In this document: in pieces, positions 39,866 to 49,559 of the stretch
Layout: every line of letters begins with the position of its first letter
Position numbering within the stretch: position 1 is the stretch's first letter
DNA from: a virus
Virus record (IMG/VR): IMGVR_UViG_3300030685_000353
Span: 9,506 to 73,505 of that record
Strand: one strand, 5' to 3'
DNA length: 64,000 bases
Made by a program: the position numbers and the translations under genes
The notes under the pieces: generated by a model
What the model was told of the DNA's origin: nothing
What the model saw: only the letters and a program-made list of their open reading frames with translations
Databases searched by the model: none

Positions 39866-40210
39866 TTATTTTGTGGATGGTGTGATTGGTAGAATGTAAA
39901 CGTATCCATCGTATCCTTTGCATTTCCCTGAAGTGCAAGAAACGTAAGAAATAAGGTAATAAAAAGCCTCTGGGCGTTCTGAGTTTTCTGATTGGAGGAA
40001 AACTGATTGGTGAACAGAGCATCCTGATGGATATCTATTCTCTACTCTGGTTTCTGGATCGCCATACCAAGTGACTAATTGATGGGCTGCATTCCATAGA
40101 TTGTCTCCTTGTTTAACTGGAGTTCCGAAATCTGCTGCATCCTCGAAGATTTTAACTGCTCTTTTTTCTAAAAGTGCTTTACAATGGAATCCTTCTTTAT
40201 ATACTGACAT
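39866..40210 (-). CDS. Early hypothetical protein
   Basis: MSVYKEG start just downstream of promoter copy 40224. Confidence 0.65.
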   Translation of the reverse strand: MSVYKEGFHCKALLEKRAVKIFEDAADFGTPVKQGDNLWNAAHQLVTWYGDPETRVENRYPSGCSVHQSVFLQSENSERPEAFYYLISYVSCTSGKCKGYDGYVYILPITPSTK

Positions 40211-40273
40211 AATGTATGATATTTTAATTACAATACAAATATAATACAATTCTATCAGTATGGGAAACGCTAA

Positions 40274-40696
40274 TCAATTTTTTGACAATTTTATTTTTCG
40301 TGCAAGTTCTTCATATGAATAGTCTCCAACTACTGCATCCATTATGAGAACATCGGGTGATTCAATGTTAGTACCCTTTCCATTGATAGTATCTCCTTTG
40401 GCGTAAGTATTATGTAAGGCGTTCGTAATGCCACTTTGTGAATAATAATGCAGAGTGCCATTGCCATCCTTTACGATTATGTCGTACATAGCGGAATATC
40501 CTACTACAATAATCGGTCGTTTCAGAGTATTGAGTTCATGACATACGTACTCATTATACTCATCGATATTTTGGGGTGAAGCTACTTTACGAAAGTCTTT
40601 GTCAACTTGGTAGATCGTGCCTATTGTGAATCCCATATATGCATTGCCTGCCATTAAAAATAGTGCTATTGCACCGATGATCAGTATCTTTTTCAT
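40274..40696 (-). CDS. Secreted or membrane-anchored protein
   Basis: MKKILIIGAIALFLMAGNA signal-like N-terminus. Confidence 0.65.
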   Translation of the reverse strand: MKKILIIGAIALFLMAGNAYMGFTIGTIYQVDKDFRKVASPQNIDEYNEYVCHELNTLKRPIIVVGYSAMYDIIVKDGNGTLHYYSQSGITNALHNTYAKGDTINGKGTNIESPDVLIMDAVVGDYSYEELARKIKLSKN

Positions 40697-40698
40697 GT

Positions 40699-41289
40699 TT
40701 AAAATTTTGAAATAGGAAAGTGGAACGGAAATCTTGATTGGTATGCGGATTGTCTACGTAAGAACTTTAGTTCTCCTTCTTCTCTTTCTCTGTGAAGGTC
40801 TAAGAGGTCCTTTTCGCGATCAGATTGATTAACATATACTCTGATTCTGCCATTTAAACAGAAACCGAACGTTTGTCCTTTATTTATTTCTACATTTCCC
40901 GTGACCATATTAGTGATTGGGAATGTAATAACTATGCCATCTCTAGGGGTTTGAGTTACCGCTTGGACGCGTTCAGTAACTGATACAGGTTCTTTATCAC
41001 CAAAGAAGTGTAGGCAATAAATTGTATCACCAGCTTTAACATCTTCAAGTTCTTTATAGTCGAGGCGGTTGGCTTTTGCCATAATGTCAGCTGCTAGAGC
41101 TTTACATTTCTCGATTATTTCTGGTTGGTAAGGTAGACATTTTCCAGCCTTCCATTCTTTGCCACCGACTGTGACTTCTGTCTTTTCTGGGACTCCCGAA
41201 GGTAAATCACCACTGTACTGAATAAAGGCTCTGAATACTCCTGTATTCGTGAATCGAACCGTGATGTGTACTTTATTTGTTGTGTTCAT
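40699..41289 (-). CDS. Early hypothetical protein
   Basis: ATG just downstream of promoter copy 41302. Confidence 0.6.
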   Translation of the reverse strand: MNTTNKVHITVRFTNTGVFRAFIQYSGDLPSGVPEKTEVTVGGKEWKAGKCLPYQPEIIEKCKALAADIMAKANRLDYKELEDVKAGDTIYCLHFFGDKEPVSVTERVQAVTQTPRDGIVITFPITNMVTGNVEINKGQTFGFCLNGRIRVYVNQSDREKDLLDLHREREEGELKFLRRQSAYQSRFPFHFPISKF

Positions 41290-41566
41290 TTGATTTATAA
41301 TTTGATTACAATACAAATATAATACAATTCTAATGAAGTGAGAAACGTAAGTTTACAATTTTGTAACTATAGCGTCTGGAACGACTTCTTTTATTGCGAT
41401 ATCTAAAAATTCGTGACCAGTGTTAAATGCGACTAACATGTGGTTAGTTATATGTCCTGTTTCGATTAAGATAGTAGCTATTTGGCTATAATCTAATCGT
41501 TTACGTATCAGGACAAGAACTTCAGGGTTCTGACATGTTATCTGAAGTCCATTCGGCGTTTGATCT

Positions 41567-41872
41567 CTATTTATTGTTATCAGTGTCATTTTGTTCTCTT
41601 CGTGCTTTGCGTAGTTTAACCAATTCTGAATAGTTAATAAGTGTCATGTCATACATTCCTTTTGGCCACCGTGAAAGTTCGGCATTCTCATTGAACGTAA
41701 GTTTATCGTCTTCGTGCATTATATAATACTCCTGAGTGAGGTTCGCTTTAAGGAGGTCTATTTGGAAAGAAGTTAGTTCAACGTCATTGTTCAAAACTCC
41801 AGCATATTTGTCATCTTTCGTATAGACCCTTAGGATAGGGTATGTGTATCTTCTAATTGGGAACTTTTTCAT
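41567..41872 (-). CDS. Hypothetical protein, similar to 34419..34667
   Basis: V.V....G..N..E....D....Y....ED pattern shared. Confidence 0.55.
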   Translation of the reverse strand: MKKFPIRRYTYPILRVYTKDDKYAGVLNNDVELTSFQIDLLKANLTQEYYIMHEDDKLTFNENAELSRWPKGMYDMTLINYSELVKLRKARREQNDTDNNK

Positions 41873-41878
41873 AGTTGA

Positions 41879-42250
41879 TTATTTTGTTGTTACAAATTCG
41901 AGTTCGTCTCCGTATACTGTGCTGTATTTAGTTGTGATATATGCACGAATATAATATTTTGTGTTCGGTTGGAGGTCGCTTAAGTTGGCAGTAAAAGTGA
42001 TTGGAGTTTTGGCCTTTTCAAACAATTCTTGATTCAGTGACATAATTTTGGTATCACGAATAGTGGGTTGTGGATGTGTAGACCAGACTACTCCAGTTTC
42101 TGTTAAAGAGCTTACATGAATGCCGTATCCACCAGATGTCGCATAATTAGCGGAAATCTTGGTTACGGGCGTTGTACTGATATACTGTGTGGTCTCTGAT
42201 GTACAACTGAGAGTGAAAAGGATAAGGGCGAAGAGGATATACTTTTTCAT
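41879..42250 (-). CDS. Lipoprotein with fibronectin-III-like domain
   Basis: MKKYILFALILFTLS-C lipobox; GVVWS, LSDLQPNTKYYIRAY, YGDELEFVT. Confidence 0.8.
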   Translation of the reverse strand: MKKYILFALILFTLSCTSETTQYISTTPVTKISANYATSGGYGIHVSSLTETGVVWSTHPQPTIRDTKIMSLNQELFEKAKTPITFTANLSDLQPNTKYYIRAYITTKYSTVYGDELEFVTTK

Positions 42251-42451
42251 TATAAATGGAATAAGATGATGAATACTAATCCTAAGATAATTGAAAGTGC
42301 CACGAGGCAAATTTTCTGATAAGTAGTGAAGCGTTTCATATTGTTATGTTTTAATTACAATACAAATATAATACAATTCTATCAGTTTGGGAAACGTAAG
42401 CAAAAAAAAAGAAGAGAACTGAGTCCCTTCTTCTTTTTAACAGATTGTTTT

Positions 42452-43135
42452 TTATTTAGCTATAAAGTGAACTGAAAGCATACCGGGTGAGTCTGTGGCT
42501 GGAGCGATCATTACGTCTTTCCAACCGGCTTCCAAGTAGAGTGCCTTGACTTCTTCTAGAATATCGGTGCTTATGCCCTTTGCGTTAATAAAAGAGTGAA
42601 TGAAACCGTCTTCTCTAACGTCTTTCGGGTTAGCGTCTTTAACATGAGCTTCGAAGATTGCCACTGTTTCTTCAAGGGAAAGATCGGGGAAGAACTTTTT
42701 AGGCCCGGTTACAGAGAATGGGCTTTCTTCTCCTACTGGAGGAAGAGAAATGGGCCAGATACCAACCATATCGGCTTCTTTAACTTCATATCCTGAATCA
42801 TGGGCTAATGCTTGAGCTTCTATGAATCCGATTCGAGTTCCTGGTGCATTAACCAGTACGGCATAGAATGATTCAGGGTCTCCATTATGAATATCAAAGA
42901 CTACGAGGTGGTTTGGATCGGGCATACCTCTGTGTACTGGAATCAACCAACTTTCTGGATAACCAAATTTGTCATCTTCTTCAATGAGGTTCATTTGAGG
43001 ATGTGACCTTAATAGAAAGGTGATGTTAATGTTGTTCTTTTCGAAGCCGGAAATACTCCAATTTCTGTTTGATATGAGGATGCAGGGGTTACATCTTGCA
43101 TCTGAAATTTCTGATTTGAAAATAATTTTGTCCAT
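42452..43135 (-). CDS. Early hypothetical protein
   Basis: Bounded by promoter copy 43149 and a hairpin at ~42402-42438. Confidence 0.65.
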   Translation of the reverse strand: MDKIIFKSEISDARCNPCILISNRNWSISGFEKNNINITFLLRSHPQMNLIEEDDKFGYPESWLIPVHRGMPDPNHLVVFDIHNGDPESFYAVLVNAPGTRIGFIEAQALAHDSGYEVKEADMVGIWPISLPPVGEESPFSVTGPKKFFPDLSLEETVAIFEAHVKDANPKDVREDGFIHSFINAKGISTDILEEVKALYLEAGWKDVMIAPATDSPGMLSVHFIAK

Positions 43136-43196
43136 TTGATTTTATTATTTGATTACAATACAAATATAATACAATTCTAACGAAGTGTAAAACGTA

Positions 43197-43559
43197 TCAA
43201 TAATTATGTAATCTAAGTGTGTGGTCGATATAAAAATCTACAAGGGACTCGATGAATCCATTTCCTTTCGGGAGGTACAGTTCAGAATAATCGTTGGTTA
43301 AAATTTCTTCACGTTTTCCCATTATTGTAACTGTGATGCATTCCTCGTTTGAACCGAAAGTCTTCGTGAATTGTTGGAACTCGTACTTTTCAGTTATTTC
43401 GTCACCATTTCTGAATTTAATGGAGATGTCTGATTCGCATTCGTCTACAGTACCGGTTACTTCTTCTACGAGGTGATGCCATCTCCAATTTTCGACATTT
43501 CCTGCTTCTGCCTTGATTACAGTGGCATCACCTTGTAGTTTTAAAAGTGTCTTTAACAT
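43197..43559 (-). CDS. Early hypothetical protein
   Basis: 120-aa ORF. Confidence 0.55.
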   Translation of the reverse strand: MLKTLLKLQGDATVIKAEAGNVENWRWHHLVEEVTGTVDECESDISIKFRNGDEITEKYEFQQFTKTFGSNEECITVTIMGKREEILTNDYSELYLPKGNGFIESLVDFYIDHTLRLHNY

Positions 43560-44133
43560 TTCTTTTTCCCTTTCTTTTTCTCAATTAGAGGTTTAGGGGC
43601 TAAAGAAGATCGGAACCATGCTGCATTTGCGAAAGAAAATTCTGGTGCTTCTTCTTTTTGAAAGAGTTCAGGGTGGCGGGTTCCTGATGCTATGGATTGT
43701 GCTACGGCAGAATTTGTGTCTACCGAACGTGCTGAATGTTTAAATCCTGATAAAGTTTTGTCTTGTACGTCTCCGATATGTCCTGATCTCATAATGTATA
43801 ATTTTATATTGTTGTTTTTAATTACAATACAAATATAATACAATTCTAACAGTGTAGGAAACGCTACTCAATTTATTTATTCATGATGTTTTTTACAATT
43901 ATAAATCCGTGCTCTTCTGGAACGTACTATTGAGGTGACTACTGCAATAATGATCGATTCTGCATTGATCAAGATTACGTCCCCTATTTTCGGTCTGATG
44001 CGGTCTGAATTGAACTGTGTCGTTCGACCTCTGTGCAAAATCTTGATTATATGTTTCATGTGGCTTAGCAGACGCATAAGGCTTTGTGCCTTTGTGCCCA
44101 TATAGTGCGCAATGTTTGTCTTAAATGTACAAG

Positions 44134-44170
44134 AAACTGCATCCTTATAATTGTTAAGGATGCAGTTTTT
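44134..44170 (-). terminator. Strong hairpin after the H1-like gene
   Basis: AAACTGCATCCTTA-taattgt-TAAGGATGCAGTTT. Confidence 0.7.
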
Positions 44171-44187
44171 ATATTTCCTTACCCGGA

Positions 44188-44760
44188 TTAATTATGGGCT
44201 AGGATGGCTTTTTTCAATTTGAAAATCTTTTTGTTACCTTCGATTTCGATACGTAACCATTCATCTCCTTTTTCATCTTTGTCGTAAACTTTCAGGAGTT
44301 TTCCTTCTTGAACCCCGGCTGATCGGAATTTTGAATTTCGGGCTGGGAGGAATGATACGATTTGGTCAGCTTTAAGAGCGGTTTCCGGAGTCATAAGGTT
44401 GGTGGCGTTCGGTGTGATACCATCGATAACTTTCGGAGTAAGTTTTACCTTTGCAGGTTTTTCAGCTTTTGGTGTTACCACTTTTTCAGCTTTTACTTTG
44501 GCCACTTTTTCAGCTTTTGGTTTTTCAGTTTTTTCCTTGGCTACCTTTTCAGTTTTAGGTGCTTCTGTTTTTTCAGCTTTTGGTTTGGCCACTTTTTCAG
44601 CTTTTGGTTTTTCAACTTTTGCCTTTGGAGCTGTTTTTTCGTTACGAGATGCTACGATTTCTTGGGCTGAGGCTAAATCTTCAGGAGATAAGTTACCAGT
44701 AGCGATTTTTTTGTTAAGTTCAGTTGTACTGAATTTTGACATTGGGTTTGTTGTTGACAT
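44188..44760 (-). CDS. Histone H1-like Lys/Ala/Pro-rich protein
   Basis: Repeated PKAEKVAK/EKPKAEK units between small globular ends. Confidence 0.7.
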   Translation of the reverse strand: MSTTNPMSKFSTTELNKKIATGNLSPEDLASAQEIVASRNEKTAPKAKVEKPKAEKVAKPKAEKTEAPKTEKVAKEKTEKPKAEKVAKVKAEKVVTPKAEKPAKVKLTPKVIDGITPNATNLMTPETALKADQIVSFLPARNSKFRSAGVQEGKLLKVYDKDEKGDEWLRIEIEGNKKIFKLKKAILAHN

Positions 44761-44799
44761 AATTTCTAAGTTTTTGGAAGTTTATAAAATTGTTATTGA

Positions 44800-45021
44800 T
44801 TAATTACTATACAAAAATAATACTTTTTGAATGAATGGTAAAAAGTATTTCAAATTATTTTTTCGTTTTGTAAAAGAAATGTTTAGTTTGATTTACTATA
44901 CAAAAATAATACTTTTTGACTGAATGGTAAAAAGTATTTCAAATTATTTTTTACGTTAAAAAATAATGTTTGGTTTGATTTACTATACAAAAATAATACT
45001 ATTCTATAGGTTAGTAAAACG
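44800..45021 (-). repeat. Three tandem promoter copies (~88-bp period)
   Basis: TTACTATACAAAAATAATACT at 44804, 44893 and 44980; the first two units also share TGAATGGTAAAAAGTATTTCAAATTATTTTTT. Confidence 0.85.
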
Positions 45022-45816
45022 TATCGAAAAAATTATTCCTCTATAATAAGTTTATTTTCGAACATAGAAGGAAATTCGGTAACGTTCTCACCTTCTATTT
45101 CTAGCATCTTACATACTATTTTTTCTTGCTTGTCATGGACAGTAATTTTGCCGTACGAATCAAATTGAAGCTCTATGCCTAATTTAGTCATCAGGTCTTC
45201 AATCTGTCTGAGTTTCTGAGTTGTTGGATGTGTCTCCAGTAGTCGCTTTGCCATCTTTGTGATCATTTATTAGTGGTACAAATATCATTAGTGCTAGTAA
45301 AAGTGTAGCGACTAAGAATGAAAAAATTAACTCTTCGAAAATATTGAGTTCCATTAGTCGAGGATTTCAAATTCTGCTTCCTCTACAACTCTAACTTCTG
45401 CTGTGGCGAGGTAAATGAATACCAAAAGTGCCATAATTTCAAGATCTGTCATATTATTGTTATGTTTTAATTACAATACAAATATAATACAATTCTATCA
45501 GCTGGGGAAAAGTCTGGTCAATAATTTTGTTTTAACCAAGACTTGAAGCTATTCTTTTTATTTCGTTGATCGTTTTGAGTCTTAAGCGTGGCATAGAATA
45601 TGTCGTACTCTTTATAAATTTCATCCCAACTTGGCTTCGTGAAGTCGTTTTTAGGATAGGAATACATTTCGTACCCTAATCGATCTACCAATTTACGGGC
45701 TGAGGCTTTCATTTCGTCATCGTGACAATCATTTTGATAATTTCCTAATGCCACTGCTATTAAAGCTATCTCTTTACACGATAGTTTCGTTTTTATTACT
45801 CCATTAATGTCCATAA

Positions 45817-46032
45817 TTATCTGTATAAAATTACATGTTCACCGAAATATTTTTCAAATACACTTATAAGATTCTCGTAATCTCCAGAGGTTAATTCAGC
45901 TTGAATTGCGTCGTGGTCGAGGCCGAGTTGTTTAGATAAGTCGCTGGCATATCCAAGTAATACAAATGCATTGCCTTGTGGTCCAGTCAGATCTAGACTT
46001 GGATATTCCGGTTCAATTTTTTTCCTTATCAT
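45817..46032 (-). CDS. Small phage protein
   Basis: LDLTGPQGNAFVLLG...SGDYENL. Confidence 0.7.
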   Translation of the reverse strand: MIRKKIEPEYPSLDLTGPQGNAFVLLGYASDLSKQLGLDHDAIQAELTSGDYENLISVFEKYFGEHVILYR

Positions 46033-46095
46033 TTTTTTATTATTTGATTACAATACAAATATAATACATTTCTAACAAATGGTAAAAAGCTTTAC

Positions 46096-46890
46096 TTAAA
46101 AACCGAACTTTTTTCCTAAAATTTGTCCCCGTCTTGTATGAACCTCTTCATGTGATAATAATACTATACATTCATTTCGCTTCAATTCATTGTAGCCGCT
46201 TCTCCATTTCTTGTAGAGCAGATCTGCAGCTTTATCCCATCCTTCTTGGGTTTCAGCGATGAATGCCTTATCCTCGTAAAATAAAAATGCATTCCCTTTA
46301 ACACCTATTGTAGCATTTTGATTCATTTTGGCATATCCATAACCATTGAACTGTGCCCATGAATTTCGAGTACATATTAATCTCATTGTGAAAAAGTTAC
46401 TCAAGTCAAATAGTTCATTTTTCGAGTCGATTATTACAAAATGAGGCAATGTTAATAAAATGCCAACCTCAGTGTCAGAGTTTATGTAACTTATATTGAA
46501 GCCAGCTTTTTTGTATTTTTTTAATTCAGTGTGCTTTGCCTTACGGAGTAAAGATTCAGAGTCAATATTTAATTCTCTAAGGCGTTGCTCCTCTTCATTT
46601 TGTTTTATCCTTTTAAGGAGCTTTAATAACCCATTCTTCCACCCTTCTAAAGTGTCAGGAATAAAACTTACGCATGGTCTATTGTCGCAATTTATTTTTC
46701 CGCCATGATAAATTTGATATGACACTTTATAATCATCATTATTGTATCGCTGACGTGATTTTAAGGCCTTTATTTTAAATGTCGTTACAGCTTGCCTATT
46801 CGTTCTAATATTCTCAAAGCCCATCTTCAGAATCTCTTGATATTCAGGGAGGTTCTCAATTACTTTGCGGGTGGTTTCATCAATAATCAT
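46096..46890 (-). CDS. STxRQ-family protein with KFGF tag
   Basis: LPEYQEILKMGFENIRTNRQ; ends HTRRGQILGKKFGF. Confidence 0.7.
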   Translation of the reverse strand: MIIDETTRKVIENLPEYQEILKMGFENIRTNRQAVTTFKIKALKSRQRYNNDDYKVSYQIYHGGKINCDNRPCVSFIPDTLEGWKNGLLKLLKRIKQNEEEQRLRELNIDSESLLRKAKHTELKKYKKAGFNISYINSDTEVGILLTLPHFVIIDSKNELFDLSNFFTMRLICTRNSWAQFNGYGYAKMNQNATIGVKGNAFLFYEDKAFIAETQEGWDKAADLLYKKWRSGYNELKRNECIVLLSHEEVHTRRGQILGKKFGF

Positions 46891-47028
46891 AAAAGTTATT
46901 TTTAATTACAATACAAATATAATACAATTCTTCCAACTGGCAAAAAGTAAACATAAAAAAGTGGCCCCTCTTCACAGAGAAACCACCCGGTGGCCGAAGC
47001 CGTGTAATCAAAAATCTTATGAAACTCT

Positions 47029-47119
47029 TGGTGCCGAGGGAGGGTTACGATTCCTCATTCCTTCGTCAGAAGGACTTACACAGCAGCTGAAGCCATGTCT
47101 ACCATTAGTTTACCTCGGC
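47029..47119 (-). tRNA. Non-canonical tRNA-Leu(CAG)-like RNA with encoded CCA
   Basis: GCCGAGG/CCTCGGC-A-CCA acceptor; AATGGTAGAC D-loop; ATGGC-TTCAGCT-GCTGT arm; long variable arm TCCTTC-TGAC-GAAGGA; aberrant T loop ATCGTAA. Confidence 0.55.
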
Positions 47120-47219
47120 CACACTCCGTCCGATTATTACGAACCAAATCGATTATGGCATAGCCAATCGGAGGGCAGTGTGGGATTGTTTTGATCAAAA
47201 CAGACGGTGATCAGCCATC

Positions 47220-47287
47220 GTGGGGTTAGCAGAATCGAACTACTCTTTGCCGTGCACTAGCCGTCCTAACCGATAGACGAAACCCCC
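47220..47287 (-). tRNA. tRNA-Glu-like RNA with collapsed anticodon arm
   Basis: GGGGTT/AACCCC acceptor, TCGTCTATCGGTTAGGAC D arm, AGTAG-TTCGATT-CTGCT T arm; the anticodon arm is short and unpaired. Confidence 0.55.
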
Positions 47288-47743
47288 AGAGTGTATAGCT
47301 ATACCACTCCTTTCTGTCCTTTAGCAGGACATAATGCTTGTCGTAGCCATTGTATTTAACGAATTTGCAATAACGTTAGCTACGTTACTTATATTTTTCT
47401 TTGTCACCTTACCTCCTACATATACACGTGATACTTCTACTTTATCGAGGTGTATTCCTGTGTCTACTTTGACCTCTGTTACCTCCACTATACGATATGT
47501 ATTAACGGTATGTTCTTCTGCAATGTAATGTGCCATAATTGATTTATTTTATGATACAAAAATAAACAAAAAACTCATTATGGTAAAACGCCTATACACA
47601 TGCGTTCTTGTGCATTTTGTACAAGCAGCAATTGCAAGGTTGCCATATATAAACCATTAATCGCCTTATTATTGTCATAATACCAGAGTTTACGTCTTTG
47701 AAAAAGGTTTAAATGATATATAAACCAAAATAAATTTGAAAAT

Positions 47744-47884
47744 ATGAAGGTGATAGCTTATATTCTACTCGGCATTCTTCTTACAATTGGTCTAGCTTAT
47801 GGAGGATTTGTGCTCTGGGCTAACCGTATATTGAAAGATTTTGTAATAGGTGACTTAGATTTTGATGAAGACGAAATGATTTAA
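47744..47884 (+). CDS. 46-aa single-pass membrane protein (not in ORF track)
   Basis: MKVIAYILLGILLTIGLAYGGFVLWANRILKDFVIGDLDFDEDEMI; late-like GATATATAAAC upstream. Confidence 0.5.
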   Translation: MKVIAYILLGILLTIGLAYGGFVLWANRILKDFVIGDLDFDEDEMI

Positions 47885-48303
47885 AACCCGAATTTTCGTG
47901 ACTTAATCATGCCTCGCTTGACATGTTTCCATTCTTCCCATAATGTATATTCTGATTTCTCGAACAGTTTCCAATCAGTAGGAAACTCTTCTTTGATAAA
48001 TTTATAGCTCAAACGTATTGCCATAATGCGAGTTGCTACAGAAGACCAAGGAAGATCTGCAATGATGACTTCCTGATGCATTCCTACGACTACTGTTTCT
48101 ACCTTACCCTCAACTGGCTTAAAGTAAAAAACTTGGGCCTTAAGTGCTGGCATATTTTGTAATCCAGAAGTATTTGTGCAATGATCTGAAAGTATTTTAT
48201 CTAAGTACCAAGAACCCTGTTCAGTCACAAGAACAGGGGCAATCCCCTGTTCCCATGGCCAAATACCTAAGCATTCCAGTATTGTATCAACCTTTGTGTT
48301 CAC
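47881..48303 (-). CDS. Hypothetical protein with KFGF tag
   Basis: Ends HVKRGMIKSRKFGF. Confidence 0.7.
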   Translation of the reverse strand: MNTKVDTILECLGIWPWEQGIAPVLVTEQGSWYLDKILSDHCTNTSGLQNMPALKAQVFYFKPVEGKVETVVVGMHQEVIIADLPWSSVATRIMAIRLSYKFIKEEFPTDWKLFEKSEYTLWEEWKHVKRGMIKSRKFGF

Positions 48304-48862
48304 TTACTAAGCGTTTATATTCGGTGATTATATCGAGCATATACTGTACCATTTCTCTTGCAGATTCAGTACCAGAAACGTTATTCGGATAACCGGTAGA
48401 GTAGTCTCCTATATACCAAGTATTACGAGCATAATAACCGGATGTGTATATCTTAGCAGCTTGTGACTTTCTCGTAAACTCAGCTTTTTCATAATCCTTT
48501 TTTGCAAAAGTACTACCAGTCTTACTGATAAAGAAATTATCTGATTCATCCACGATTTCTACTTCAATTGTACGTTGGCCTTTCTTTTTGGCTAGTTCAT
48601 CGTTAATGATACGTAATCCCTTGGTCACATATTCACCTTTGCCATTTAAAATAGCTAGAGCTTTTTCTAGTGAAGTAGTTGGTATGTCGAATCTGGCATT
48701 ATCTTTACGGAAATAGAATCGTTTGCTTTCGCGGAAACGTGGAACTTGATAGACAAATTCTACATTAGGTGCTATTTCAATACGTTCAGTTTCAGTGATT
48801 TTATCAGAAAATGATAAGACCGTACGATGTGTGATAGTCTGTAGGTGATCTATTTTTGTCAT
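48287..48862 (-). CDS. Hypothetical protein, paralog of 48859..49404
   Basis: IVDESDNFFISKTG.TFAKKDYEK vs VIEESEKYFITAKGAFSKEDFEK. Confidence 0.65.
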   Translation of the reverse strand: MTKIDHLQTITHRTVLSFSDKITETERIEIAPNVEFVYQVPRFRESKRFYFRKDNARFDIPTTSLEKALAILNGKGEYVTKGLRIINDELAKKKGQRTIEVEIVDESDNFFISKTGSTFAKKDYEKAEFTRKSQAAKIYTSGYYARNTWYIGDYSTGYPNNVSGTESAREMVQYMLDIITEYKRLVSEHKG

Positions 48863-49404
48863 TTGGTTACCTCCTTTGCTTTAAGATTGTCGTATTCTGC
48901 GAATACGGCTAAAATATAGTCAATTAATGTGATATACTGAGCAATTCCAGACTCTATGAAACCAACAAATTGGTTATTATAGTAGAACTGATCCTTTGTG
49001 ATCTTTAAATGCTTAAACACCGGAGGAGCCATTGTTTTTTCAAAGTCTTCTTTACTAAATGCTCCTTTGGCAGTTATGAAGTATTTTTCAGACTCTTCGA
49101 TTACAGTGGCACGAATGATACGTTTCGTCTTAAGGTTTAACAAAGCTGGTTCTTCAGTGGCAGTATTTGTTAGGAACTCCTTAATGCGAAGCAGATCAGT
49201 AACAGTTGCTTTTTGGCAACCAAATGCTACTAAATGATTCGAAAAATAAAATGCGGCGTCATATGATCGAATACATGGTGTATTATATGTTAACACATGC
49301 ATTCCTATGTTTTCAGACCTGGTTCGCTTCTTAAAGAATGAATCATTTTCATCCATTGACAACGACACAACTTTACGTTGAATAATCTCTTCTGTTCGTA
49401 TCAT
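48859..49404 (-). CDS. Hypothetical protein, paralog of 48287..48862
   Basis: Shared motif; downstream of promoter copy 49415. Confidence 0.65.
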   Translation of the reverse strand: MIRTEEIIQRKVVSLSMDENDSFFKKRTRSENIGMHVLTYNTPCIRSYDAAFYFSNHLVAFGCQKATVTDLLRIKEFLTNTATEEPALLNLKTKRIIRATVIEESEKYFITAKGAFSKEDFEKTMAPPVFKHLKITKDQFYYNNQFVGFIESGIAQYITLIDYILAVFAEYDNLKAKEVTK

Positions 49405-49524
49405 GTTTTAGTTTTAAATTACAATACAAAAATAACTAAAAAAGCTCATTAAAGAAAACGTAGCTAAGCCTCTCTTAAAATAGGTTTGTGTTAATGGCAC
49501 CATATATGCGCATCTATTCACACT

Positions 49525-49556
49525 GCAAAGGGTCTTCATCTCGAAGACCCTTTTGC
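49525..49556 (-). terminator. Hairpin after the DNA ligase gene
   Basis: GCAAAGGGTCTTC-atctc-GAAGACCCTTTTGC. Confidence 0.6.
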
Positions 49557-49559
49557 TAC

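Noticed and set aside
43877-44101. ORF start at 44101
   Set aside because: The 5' part overlaps the TATAGTGCGCA motif next to a terminator; a real gene, if any, probably starts at MKHII
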